Shown in pieces: positions 47,564 through 55,980 of a DNA stretch of 64,000 nt. A program made the position numbers and the translations under genes. Origin of the DNA: a virus; UHGV virus genome UHGV-0179428; one strand, given 5' to 3'. A model generated the notes under the pieces. That model saw only the letters and a list, made by a program, of their open reading frames with translations, did no database searches and was not told the origin of the DNA. Within the stretch, counting starts at the first letter, position 1. Each line of letters opens with the position of its first letter.

Positions 47564-47833
47564 TTAAATCTTACGACTGCTACCGTAGCAGCCACAACCT
47601 GCTGTCGTTTTCGCAGCACTGGCCGGTGCTAACGCAACCATCGTGCCGTCGTCCTTAACAATCTGCAAGTTACCTGCGCGAATCAGACCTTTAAAGGTAA
47701 TCTTCACACCCTTACGTAAACTCTTCACATTGAAGCCGTCGAGTTTGAGTGTTTTAACTTTTTCAGGTTTACCTTCTTCGTAATAGGAAAGAACATTACC
47801 TGCACGTTTTTCAACAATATAAATCTTACCCAT
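47564..47833 (-). CDS. hypothetical small protein (89 aa)
   Basis: Promoter-like box and hairpin upstream, terminator downstream; lysine-rich with C-terminal CGCYG. Confidence 0.6.
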   Translation of the reverse strand: MGKIYIVEKRAGNVLSYYEEGKPEKVKTLKLDGFNVKSLRKGVKITFKGLIRAGNLQIVKDDGTMVALAPASAAKTTAGCGCYGSSRKI

Positions 47834-47856
47834 TTTAGATTACTCCATTTAGTTAA

Positions 47857-47897
47857 GTGAGAACTCTCACATAGATGAAATATATCTTAAATTTTTT
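47857..47897 (-). promoter_or_regulatory. promoter-like AAGATATATTTC box plus conserved hairpin GTGAGAG..CTCACTTAAC (module d)
   Basis: Minus strand: AAGATATATTTCATCTATGTGAGAGTTCTCACTTAACTAAATGGAG...ATG 47833. Confidence 0.4.
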
Positions 47898-47906
47898 AGA
47901 CAATTA

Positions 47907-48215
47907 TCAGTATAGCGCGATGTTAACCGACTTACCAGGTAGCGGGAAATGCTGTAGTTCTATTGACCGAAGTTTCCTGTCAATCGTCAGTATTTCATCA
48001 ACGTTGGGCGTAAGACGGAATACAGCGCGCGGTAGCGTGAAAGGCACGTTCGTCGAGCAGTTGTTTAACAGTAACTGATCCTGAGAATAGTCAATTTCTA
48101 CCACCCTCGCAATTACCCAACGTTCGTGAATCTCACCGCCTAGCGGTGCGGCGAGTGCCCGTTGCAAGCGCTGTGAATTCGTTTCGTTGGTATTAGTGTG
48201 GTTTTGGTTCGACAT
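47907..48215 (-). CDS. hypothetical protein (about 102 aa)
   Basis: Track start at 48245 is TTG; ATG at 48215 (MSNQNH) reduces the overlap with the upstream gene. Confidence 0.5.
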   Translation of the reverse strand: MSNQNHTNTNETNSQRLQRALAAPLGGEIHERWVIARVVEIDYSQDQLLLNNCSTNVPFTLPRAVFRLTPNVDEILTIDRKLRSIELQHFPLPGKSVNIALY

Positions 48216-48528
48216 AAGTTTCCCCAAACATGTATACGTGTTCAATCACGTATGCAGATTCTGTTTCAAGCGTCGGTTTAGCGACACGCCACTTCCATGC
48301 ACCGGTTTCAGGATCTTGCCAGGACAACAAAAGAGAACCCTCACAAATTTCAGAGGTATCGACCTCAGGGTGGAACAGCATGAATTCGTTTTCGTTGTCG
48401 TCCACTACGACGAATTGACCTTCTTCTACCCTTTCGAACTTAGCAACGCCTACTACAGTTGCTGGCTCGCCAACAGTAAATACCATTTCTTGTTTTGGTA
48501 AATCACGGTGAATCGCACTTAACCACAT
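48193..48528 (-). CDS. hypothetical protein (111 aa)
   Basis: ORF. Confidence 0.6.
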   Translation of the reverse strand: MWLSAIHRDLPKQEMVFTVGEPATVVGVAKFERVEEGQFVVVDDNENEFMLFHPEVDTSEICEGSLLLSWQDPETGAWKWRVAKPTLETESAYVIEHVYMFGETYVEPKPH

Positions 48529-48585
48529 TTAGCTGTTCCTCAATTAATTTTGTTTACGTGTGCATAATTAGACACGAAAGCGTAA

Positions 48586-48620
48586 AAATAAATTATCCCT
48601 CTCTCCGTTTGGAGAGAGGG
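48586..48620 (-). terminator. rho-independent terminator downstream of gene 48626-49132
   Basis: Hairpin CCCTCTCTCC-GTTT-GGAGAGAGGG, near-identical stem to the terminator at 47533, followed on the minus strand by ATAATTTATTTTTA. Confidence 0.6.
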
Positions 48621-48625
48621 AAGGT

Positions 48626-49132
48626 TTACAGTACGTTTTCTTCGCGATCGTCTACTAACACAGAAGTAATCACATAACGCGCTAAGCGATTACGTGCTTC
48701 TTCCGTTTCTTCTTCAGAAGGTAGCTGTTCGCCCGCAGGCGCACACAACGTTAGCCCAGACTCACGAAGCTGTTCGGCATAGTCTTCCACAGCGCTGTCG
48801 AACGTACCACGAATACCTGCTACCGCATCCATAATTTCGTCGTTCGGAATAATGGATTCTTTTAGCACGGCGTGAGCATCCGTAGGCTCCACCATTTGCA
48901 GGTTCTGTTCTACCAGCAACGCCTGTTTCGCTAAGCTGTCGGTGATAAAGCAAGACAGAATCTTTTCGAAATCGTCTAACGAGAATTCGGTGTCTTCAGA
49001 TGCCTCGGTAATCAGTTGCCCGTAGCGATTAAAGAATTCTTTACAACGTGTTTCGTAGTCAGCTTCTAAGTCGCGAACACCGAGATCAAAATCGTGCTGC
49101 TCCAGCTGATTAAAATCCAGAGTCTCTTTCAT
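48626..49132 (-). CDS. hypothetical acidic protein (168 aa)
   Basis: ORF, D/E-rich. Confidence 0.6.
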   Translation of the reverse strand: MKETLDFNQLEQHDFDLGVRDLEADYETRCKEFFNRYGQLITEASEDTEFSLDDFEKILSCFITDSLAKQALLVEQNLQMVEPTDAHAVLKESIIPNDEIMDAVAGIRGTFDSAVEDYAEQLRESGLTLCAPAGEQLPSEEETEEARNRLARYVITSVLVDDREENVL

Positions 49133-49170
49133 CTCTAAGTCTCCAGTTAAGAGGTCATATTACCTGCTGG

Positions 49171-49398
49171 TTAGAGTGCCAACGTTAACCCGGTATGGGT
49201 TTCTACTGAACCAACACCGTCACGTGCTTTTGCTTTGGCGATGAGTTTGTCAATCACGCGCTGATGGCTACGAGTAATGGCTTTACCTGGATAACCGATA
49301 ATCAGCACGTTCTCGTCATTAATAACCGCCGAGAACTCGTTATCACCTGCAACATAAGCAATCTTTTTGTCTTTGGTTACAATACGCTTGATTTCCAT
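49171..49398 (-). CDS. hypothetical protein (75 aa)
   Basis: ORF. Confidence 0.5.
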   Translation of the reverse strand: MEIKRIVTKDKKIAYVAGDNEFSAVINDENVLIIGYPGKAITRSHQRVIDKLIAKAKARDGVGSVETHTGLTLAL

Positions 49399-49407
49399 TC
49401 AATGTCC

Positions 49408-50181
49408 TTAAAAGATAAAATGGCCAGTTAATGCTTCTACCTCAACACCAGACATTGCTGGAGGTGCTGAGTATGGAAAAGTAAGACGCACGGTTGCACC
49501 CTTTAAATACGCAATACGGTAGTATGTGGTCAAGAGCGCAATCCCGTAAGTACAGTCGTTATAAAAGAAACCTTCGGTTGCAAACGTCTTTTCGTTGATT
49601 TTCGAATAGACTAAGATACCTTCAACTTTACCGTCTTTACGACAGCACAGCCCTTCAGCAGCCCCAATAGCTAACAATCCCAGGCAGTATGTATCTAAAC
49701 TGACATTAACCACCTTAGGGATCGTAAACGTTTCTTCTAACGTTAGAGATTCAATATCATCGACATCAGGTAAATCGGTACGAACCTCAGGTTTTTCAGT
49801 AAACGTCAGCTCATAGTCGATAGAGGTCGGTTGCATACTCAAGAACGCCATTAACTGATCGCGACGTTTTAGGTCGTTGGCAGGGTAAGTGATATCAAAC
49901 ACCTCCACATTTAACAACCGTTTGAGTTGTGCGAAATTGATGTTCTTCTTCGCAAACACAACGATTGCTGACATGTAGAAAATCTTACCGTCAGTGCGAC
50001 CGGAGAAGATTCCTTGCAGCTGATTCGTGTTCGAAAGAATGATAAAGGTCGGATCTTCAGATTCGCGAATGACGTCCTTTTCCAGTAACCCTTTCCGTAC
50101 ACGGGTTAGCGAAACCATTTTGCCATCCACACCAATTGCTAAATGGTCATTACGATAATCGTGGATATCCACTATGCGCAT
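49408..50181 (-). CDS. hypothetical protein (257 aa)
   Basis: ORF; start overlaps the dam stop region. Confidence 0.65.
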   Translation of the reverse strand: MRIVDIHDYRNDHLAIGVDGKMVSLTRVRKGLLEKDVIRESEDPTFIILSNTNQLQGIFSGRTDGKIFYMSAIVVFAKKNINFAQLKRLLNVEVFDITYPANDLKRRDQLMAFLSMQPTSIDYELTFTEKPEVRTDLPDVDDIESLTLEETFTIPKVVNVSLDTYCLGLLAIGAAEGLCCRKDGKVEGILVYSKINEKTFATEGFFYNDCTYGIALLTTYYRIAYLKGATVRLTFPYSAPPAMSGVEVEALTGHFIF

Positions 50182-50996
50182 TAGAGCACTCCCAGTAATT
50201 CAGTCACCGTTTTCCGAGCGGCACCAGACGCACCCATATAGCGACCGACCTCAATACTCCGCCACTCAAAACCGTAATAAATTTCGCGGGTGAGTAGGGT
50301 GTCTGCATTTGACAGCACGACGCTGTTGCCACGTTCCACCTGCTGCTGTAGTAACTTGGCTAATTCACGATGATCCGTTTGTGAGAATTCTTTACGGTGG
50401 TATTGTGCATGTTTCGCGGTATCCGAAAGCGGAATATAAGGAGGATCAGCATAAATCACGGCATCTTCAGGTGTCCGTGCTAATACAGAGCGAAAGTCCT
50501 CACAAACAATTTCCAGATACTCAACTTCTGCGCAACGTTTAGCCCAATCCCGAATTTCTTCTAATGGATAATAAACACCGTTCGGGTAACGTCCAAACGG
50601 AACATTGAACCCACCACTACTGTTATAGCGACACATCCCGTTATAGCCGTGACGCATTAAGTATAAAAACATTGCGGCACGTTCAACTTCGGTCATCGTT
50701 TTACCGCTATTAAACAGTTCACGACGTTCCATATACTTTACAGTGGTATTACCGTCTAAGAACAACGGTTGCGACGCAGCAATCAGTTCTTCAGGCTGTT
50801 CACGCGCAACACAAAGTAAGCGTATCAAATCAGGGTTAGAATCCGATAGAATATACCGGCTGTAATTCGTATTTAGGAAAACAGACCCTGCGCCCACAAA
50901 CGGTTCTACAAAGGTTGTACGTTTAGGTAAGACCTTTTGTAATTCACCCAAAACGCGTGTTTTCCCACCCATCCATTTAATTATCGGTTTCCGCAT
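50181..50996 (-). CDS. dam: DNA adenine methyltransferase (Dam family, GATC-type)
   Basis: Close motif-by-motif resemblance to E. coli Dam: VEPFVGAGSVFLNT, FLYL.R.GYNG.CRYN, FNVPFGRY, catalytic DPPY, LSN.DT.LTRE. Confidence 0.9.
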   Translation of the reverse strand: MRKPIIKWMGGKTRVLGELQKVLPKRTTFVEPFVGAGSVFLNTNYSRYILSDSNPDLIRLLCVAREQPEELIAASQPLFLDGNTTVKYMERRELFNSGKTMTEVERAAMFLYLMRHGYNGMCRYNSSGGFNVPFGRYPNGVYYPLEEIRDWAKRCAEVEYLEIVCEDFRSVLARTPEDAVIYADPPYIPLSDTAKHAQYHRKEFSQTDHRELAKLLQQQVERGNSVVLSNADTLLTREIYYGFEWRSIEVGRYMGASGAARKTVTELLGVL

Positions 50997-51975
50997 TATA
51001 TCCGCCTTGTAACGATGACATTTCGTCGCCTAACACCAACTCGACTCGATTTTTCCGACGCTCCCAACTGACAACATCGTCGTCACGCACTAAAACAAAT
51101 TCGTATTCGTAGGGGCGAAATTTAAATAATTCGACGGCCAGGTGCCTGAATGCAGGGTTGTTATTGAAACACCCTATCTCTAATGGTGCCGCTGTTGTCG
51201 ATGCAATCTGTAGAGCGCGATACAACAAAGTCCGTCCGATACCACGACCCCGATGTGTCTCACTTACCGCAATGGCTTTTAATTCACACTCGTTAAAATT
51301 ACGCAACTTAACTTGCACCACACCCACAACATCGTTGCCATCCATCCAAACGTAAGTGTGGTGGTTGACGTGGCGTACTAACTCCACCAACGTTTCGACT
51401 TGTGGCATGATTTGACGTGAGCGACTTACAGGGTCAGCGTTGATGTTTTCAACGACACTCGTACCCAAAAGCAACATAAGCTGTTCACGTTGTGCAGCGG
51501 TTAGCTCTTTATAAAAATCGCCGGAAATGTTCTTCACGTTTGTTGGTAGAGCGATATCCAATAACGAGCGTGTACCTAAACGATACGTAGTGTGGGTGTG
51601 TCTAAATCCTAAGTCATTAAGCTCAGCGATTTCTTCTACACCACTGGCGATTCGATTAAGATACGTAAAACCGGTATAGTCGAGTACCAGTAGCAGGTTC
51701 AGTTTGTTCAAACAACCCGGTACAATTTCATGCATATACAAACAGTGTAACGTTGGGTCGCCGTAAATGTGTTTTGTGATGATAAACCCTTGAATTGTTT
51801 TTCCTTTTTGTAAAGAGAACGTATTCAGCTCACTATTGCACAACGCCTCACGAATCACAGCACCGTTAGGGCCCGATAAACACGCCTGAAGTTGAGGATT
51901 GCGAATATCTCTACGTGCTAACCGACCTACTGTTAAATCCGTGGCGGTGCGTTCTATAGTCTTCCTAAAAGCCAT
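50977..51975 (-). CDS. protein with C-terminal GNAT acetyltransferase domain (332 aa)
   Basis: C-terminal ELKAIAVSETHRGRGIGRTLLYRAL (GNAT motif A R..G.G); N-terminal roughly 200 aa unassigned. Confidence 0.6.
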   Translation of the reverse strand: MAFRKTIERTATDLTVGRLARRDIRNPQLQACLSGPNGAVIREALCNSELNTFSLQKGKTIQGFIITKHIYGDPTLHCLYMHEIVPGCLNKLNLLLVLDYTGFTYLNRIASGVEEIAELNDLGFRHTHTTYRLGTRSLLDIALPTNVKNISGDFYKELTAAQREQLMLLLGTSVVENINADPVSRSRQIMPQVETLVELVRHVNHHTYVWMDGNDVVGVVQVKLRNFNECELKAIAVSETHRGRGIGRTLLYRALQIASTTAAPLEIGCFNNNPAFRHLAVELFKFRPYEYEFVLVRDDDVVSWERRKNRVELVLGDEMSSLQGGYNAETDN

Positions 51976-52023
51976 GTTAATTACTCCTTAAAAGGTCGTC
52001 TCAAAACAATACGCTAAAGTTGT

Positions 52024-52058
52024 AAAAACAAAAAAAGAAAGGGGAACCGAAGTTCCCC
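52024..52058 (-). terminator. rho-independent terminator downstream of gene 52071-52742
   Basis: Hairpin GGGGAAC-CGAA-GTTCCCC with a T-run on the minus strand. Confidence 0.6.
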
Positions 52059-52070
52059 AATTATTAAACA

Positions 52071-52742
52071 TCATGCAGAAGGGGCAGAGTTTGTAAAAGC
52101 AAGATTGGGTGTCAAGCCAGCTTTCCCTAATTTTTCATACAGGTAATTGAAAAATCTGAGATGGGCGTCGTAGTGGCCAGCCGCTACTCGCTGGCCGTAA
52201 ACTTCTACCAAGTCAGGCGAAAACTTAATATGGCAGTTTTGTCTAGAGAACAAAGGTTGTTGCACCCCGCCCTTAATTAAGATGCGATACTTTTTACCGT
52301 CGTCTGTTACGGCGTGAAGAATATTTGTACTGAAATGGAAATAGATAGAAGGGTTAAAACACAACCAGGTGGCGGCATTGATTAGTAAGTCAGCTAACTT
52401 AACAGCGATTTTGTCAAGTTCAGGCCCTTCAAACTTATGCATTAACCTCAGAAGAATTTCAGTAATAACCGTACCTGTAAGTAATTTGTCTCTATTAAGA
52501 CCAGGTGCAACCGCCAAAACATCACCATTATGAGTGCAGACAAGTGTGAATAGGTTGAAAGGCTGGTCTTGATAAAGTTCGAAAACCAGGTCAGTATACG
52601 GGCTAAAAGTTAAGAATTTCACCCCGAGTATTTCATTAACGCAGGGTAAAAGTTCAACCTTCGCAGCATGTTGAATTTCGTTGGCTTTAGTCTCGTTCTT
52701 TACAGTTTCTTCAATTACGGTTTTACCAATTTTCGGTGGCAT
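52071..52742 (-). CDS. hypothetical protein (223 aa)
   Basis: ORF. Confidence 0.6.
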   Translation of the reverse strand: MPPKIGKTVIEETVKNETKANEIQHAAKVELLPCVNEILGVKFLTFSPYTDLVFELYQDQPFNLFTLVCTHNGDVLAVAPGLNRDKLLTGTVITEILLRLMHKFEGPELDKIAVKLADLLINAATWLCFNPSIYFHFSTNILHAVTDDGKKYRILIKGGVQQPLFSRQNCHIKFSPDLVEVYGQRVAAGHYDAHLRFFNYLYEKLGKAGLTPNLAFTNSAPSA

Positions 52743-52763
52743 GATAATACTCCTTCAGGTTGA

Positions 52764-53123
52764 TTAGTGCGTTGCGGTGTTAGTGATAAAACGCACATTC
52801 TTCGTGGTGCGTTTAACGGACGTGTTTGCAACGTAGTCCAACGCGGACTCTACGTGAACGGTTACTGAGCAACGACCCTTAACGGAATTAAAACTAATCT
52901 GATATTTCAGACGAATCGCATCAGCAACTTTCATCATAATCGGTAAACTTAAACGTTCTACGCGGTCGTTCTTAATAGATGAGATAACGGGTTGTGAAAC
53001 TTTCGCAAGCTGGGCAAGCTCACGCTGGGTAATGTCTTTCGTGGTCAAATGACGAATTACGTAAGACAAGTGAAGACCGAATTTACGTTTTGCCAGAACG
53101 ATGGAATTGTGATTGTAAGCCAT
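52764..53123 (-). CDS. helix-turn-helix DNA-binding protein (119 aa), putative transcriptional regulator
   Basis: ITQRELAQLAKVSQPVISSIKN is a classic HTH segment; RBS CCTAAAGGAG. Confidence 0.5.
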   Translation of the reverse strand: MAYNHNSIVLAKRKFGLHLSYVIRHLTTKDITQRELAQLAKVSQPVISSIKNDRVERLSLPIMMKVADAIRLKYQISFNSVKGRCSVTVHVESALDYVANTSVKRTTKNVRFITNTATH

Positions 53124-53157
53124 GGTAATACTCCTTTAGGTTAAACGGTCGGTGTAA

Positions 53158-53210
53158 AGAGTTAATTGTAACTCTCCCCTAGGTAATATATATCTGAGAA
53201 AAAATAAAAT
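53158..53210 (-). promoter_or_regulatory. promoter-like ATATATATTAC box plus 5' hairpin (module b)
   Basis: Minus strand: T-run, TCAGATATATATTACCTAGGGGAGAG, hairpin AGAGTTA-CAAT-TAACTCT, RBS, ATG 53123. Confidence 0.45.
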
Positions 53211-53242
53211 ATAGGTACCACCGTTGGGTGGTACCTAAGCGG

Positions 53243-53866
53243 TTAGTTCGCTAAAATGTGCGTAACAATCTCTGCGGCTTTCAAACGGTAATCGTCATTC
53301 TGAGTTACCGGTAATAACGCGTGAAGACAACCGCCTTCTGTTAAGATGTGGTGTGCGAAACGATAATGGTCGCGTAAGCCATCCCAACATTGGTTGTCCT
53401 TTAGATACTTAACAGTAAGTACCTCGTCATCCCAATTCTTACCTTGTTCTTCTACACGTTTCTTAAATCGTGCTAACGCTGTTGGGTAATCAACATCTGT
53501 CCAAACATAAAGGTCAGGCGTGTGGAAATGACGAGTTAGTTTACGTTGGAAAACCACGTCCTTACCATCTGTCCCCTGATAAACAATCGTTGAAGGACAG
53601 AAGCGATCGAAAATAACGACATCGTATTCATCAACAACATGGTCCAACGTGTGAAGGAAATCATCACACATTGCTTCGGCAATTTTTGTTTTCGAAGCAG
53701 ACTGTACAACCAAGCTACGTGCACGAATGCCCGCCTCAGTTTCAGACGTCGGATGGTTCCGAATACAAACTTTTAATCCTGCGGACTCCAACATCGCTTT
53801 TACCATTTTACACAACGTTGATTTCCCAGAAAAATCAGGGCCATCAATAGACACTGTCTTAAGCAT
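53243..53866 (-). CDS. tmk: thymidylate (dTMP) kinase-like nucleotide kinase
   Basis: P-loop GPDFSGKST and FDRFCPSTIVYQG (DR(Y/F)..S...YQG motif). Confidence 0.65.
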   Translation of the reverse strand: MLKTVSIDGPDFSGKSTLCKMVKAMLESAGLKVCIRNHPTSETEAGIRARSLVVQSASKTKIAEAMCDDFLHTLDHVVDEYDVVIFDRFCPSTIVYQGTDGKDVVFQRKLTRHFHTPDLYVWTDVDYPTALARFKKRVEEQGKNWDDEVLTVKYLKDNQCWDGLRDHYRFAHHILTEGGCLHALLPVTQNDDYRLKAAEIVTHILAN

Positions 53867-53890
53867 TATTGTTTTACCTTTTTACGCACG

Positions 53891-53940
53891 TTAAGTGAAA
53901 CCTCTCACAATGAGAGTAACAGTTGTAATAATTTACAATA
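53891..53940 (-). promoter_or_regulatory. promoter-like AATTATTAC box plus conserved hairpin GTGAGAGG..CACTTAAC (module e)
   Basis: Minus strand: TAAATTATTACAACTGTTACTCTCATTGTGAGAGGTTTCACTTAACG then RBS AAAAAGG and ATG 53866. Confidence 0.35.
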
Positions 53941-53980
53941 AAAAAGAAACCCGCCCCTACCGTTAAGTAGGGGTAAGGTT

Positions 53981-54586
53981 TTATTGGTGATCAACAATCG
54001 GATCACTCCACACTTCTGACGTTTCCGGCGCGGTGAGGTTAGCAGCCTGTGCAGAAGTTACGCACAGCAAGACTAACCCTTGTTTAGCAAGATAATGTTG
54101 CATTCTTGCTGCCTGCACGGCGGTGTCCACAATAACGAGCTCAGCGCCACGTAGAAGCGTTAGAGCCGCTTGCCCCTCTTGCGGTGTGGTTAAAACATCG
54201 TTGTCGTCCAGAATGCGTTTAAGGCGGTTATATGCCAACCCAGTTACATTACTCCGGCCTGCACGAAGATCAACGACCATATTGCTGTATTCCCCCACCA
54301 CTTGTTGCGTCGAGTTTGGATAAAATCGAAACGCAGCACGGCGACGTTTACGTCGCACCTCAGAAATCGCGCGTTGTAAAACCAGCAATACGTATTTCGG
54401 AGCCGCTTCGCTATTCGGTCGTCGCATCTTGGCTAAACGTGCAGCTAAATCCAAAATTTTCGTTAAGGGATAGCGGTGTTTAAAGCCGTCACGTTCGATA
54501 GTAACGCCACGTTTAGGCAACTTGCCTGTTTTGTTGATATACGATACTGTAATCAATAGTAATGAATCGAGAATCATCTCTGACAT
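53981..54586 (-). CDS. hypothetical protein (201 aa)
   Basis: ORF, basic patches. Confidence 0.6.
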   Translation of the reverse strand: MSEMILDSLLLITVSYINKTGKLPKRGVTIERDGFKHRYPLTKILDLAARLAKMRRPNSEAAPKYVLLVLQRAISEVRRKRRRAAFRFYPNSTQQVVGEYSNMVVDLRAGRSNVTGLAYNRLKRILDDNDVLTTPQEGQAALTLLRGAELVIVDTAVQAARMQHYLAKQGLVLLCVTSAQAANLTAPETSEVWSDPIVDHQ

Positions 54587-54600
54587 TACAAGGCCCTCTC

Positions 54601-54972
54601 TTAGAACCCCTCAAGAACAGCTTTCACAAATTCGTAAACCGTGCGTCGGTGTTCTTCAAGCGGATAAACAAACTTAGAATAATCGTTGTTCCAGACAACC
54701 GGATAGAGGTCACCGTCACAACTTAAATAGCTCTTACGAACCATGTAATAATCTAAACCTACACGGAAGTTTAACGACAGACTCCCGTGTTTACTACAAA
54801 CGTGTAGCTGGAGCGATTTCACACCGTCATGAGTCGGCGATTCAATCGTTTCCGCATACAATACATCCGAACACTGTTCTATAGTGCTAACGACATCTCT
54901 GAGGTTGTTGTCCGCATCGATGGTCGCTTTTCGGAGAGCGTCGGTGTATTGCTGAAGTTCTCGATAGAACAT
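54601..54972 (-). CDS. hypothetical protein (123 aa)
   Basis: ATG with AGGAG RBS; its 5' end overlaps the 3' end of the upstream ORF by about 94 nt. Confidence 0.55.
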   Translation of the reverse strand: MFYRELQQYTDALRKATIDADNNLRDVVSTIEQCSDVLYAETIESPTHDGVKSLQLHVCSKHGSLSLNFRVGLDYYMVRKSYLSCDGDLYPVVWNNDYSKFVYPLEEHRRTVYEFVKAVLEGF

Positions 54973-55511
54973 CCTGCTAATCTCCTGTCTCTACCGTATG
55001 GCAGAGGAAATGCTTTGTGTTCAAATTCTGCAACGACATACGCAGGATAGAACAAAAGGTATTTATAGAACGTAGCTAACGTAACGTCCTTCGGGGTGGC
55101 TAAGAAGTAATTAAGATCGGGGTTGTCTGGAAAAGCAAAATGCAACCCTGTGTATACCTGACCTTTGTACTCCCCATTAAAGGGCGTCACTGCACACCGT
55201 GGACGTGTTGGTTCGACGTGTAACCAACGACTCCCAACATGATAAACACCGCGTACTACGGCGTTTCGTGTTTTGCCTAAATATCGACAACGGATATTCT
55301 TTTCCCACGCAGCACGTTGCGTGGGAGAACCCAGAGAAACAAACCGCGTTAAAGCTTCAGGTGTAAAGTAATCAAAAATACCCGTCGGTAAATACCAACA
55401 CGCCTTGTCGATTCGTACCACTCTCCAACCAGGACGAAAACCCACAGCGTAACGCTCTACACCAAAAGTATATCTAGACCCGTCGTGAAACGGTACGAAT
55501 CTTGCAGCCAT
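54879..55511 (-). CDS. hypothetical protein (210 aa)
   Basis: ORF; the C-terminal about 30 aa look low-complexity, so the true 3' end is uncertain. Confidence 0.5.
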   Translation of the reverse strand: MAARFVPFHDGSRYTFGVERYAVGFRPGWRVVRIDKACWYLPTGIFDYFTPEALTRFVSLGSPTQRAAWEKNIRCRYLGKTRNAVVRGVYHVGSRWLHVEPTRPRCAVTPFNGEYKGQVYTGLHFAFPDNPDLNYFLATPKDVTLATFYKYLLFYPAYVVAEFEHKAFPLPYGRDRRLAGCSIENFSNTPTLSEKRPSMRTTTSEMSLAL

Positions 55512-55512
55512 T

Positions 55513-55980
55513 TTAGATTTCCTTTATCATTTCCCTGCATTCAGTACGGAATCCCATTTTCTCATACAAGGAGATAGCTTTAACGTTGTTGTCCAGTACA
55601 TCCAAACTCATCCAACCACAACCTTTGGACTTTCCATATTCACGGACTTTGTCCATAAGCGCACGACCCACCCCTTGAGAACGCGCTTCGGGAATCACGT
55701 AGTAGTTCCCAATATAAACAAATGTGTCCTTCGAGCAAGAACCCATTGAAAAGGTCATGAAGCCCAGAAGTTGTTCGTTGTCATCCACGGCACACGCACA
55801 GAGATAATCTTGGGGCCAGATCTCTTCTAAGTGTTCAATTGGATTGAACGTGTCACGTCCGGTTAACTGACTAATACGCACTTTCTCTTCTGCGAACAAC
55901 ATGTTGTGCAGTTTGAGTACCTGGTCGCCGTATAACTTTCCGTATTTACTGTCGGGTTTGAGAATAATAGTGATACGCAT
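55513..55980 (-). CDS. GNAT family N-acetyltransferase (155 aa)
   Basis: YVIPEARSQGVGRALM motif A and typical C-terminal KAISLYEKMGF. Confidence 0.7.
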   Translation of the reverse strand: MRITIILKPDSKYGKLYGDQVLKLHNMLFAEEKVRISQLTGRDTFNPIEHLEEIWPQDYLCACAVDDNEQLLGFMTFSMGSCSKDTFVYIGNYYVIPEARSQGVGRALMDKVREYGKSKGCGWMSLDVLDNNVKAISLYEKMGFRTECREMIKEI

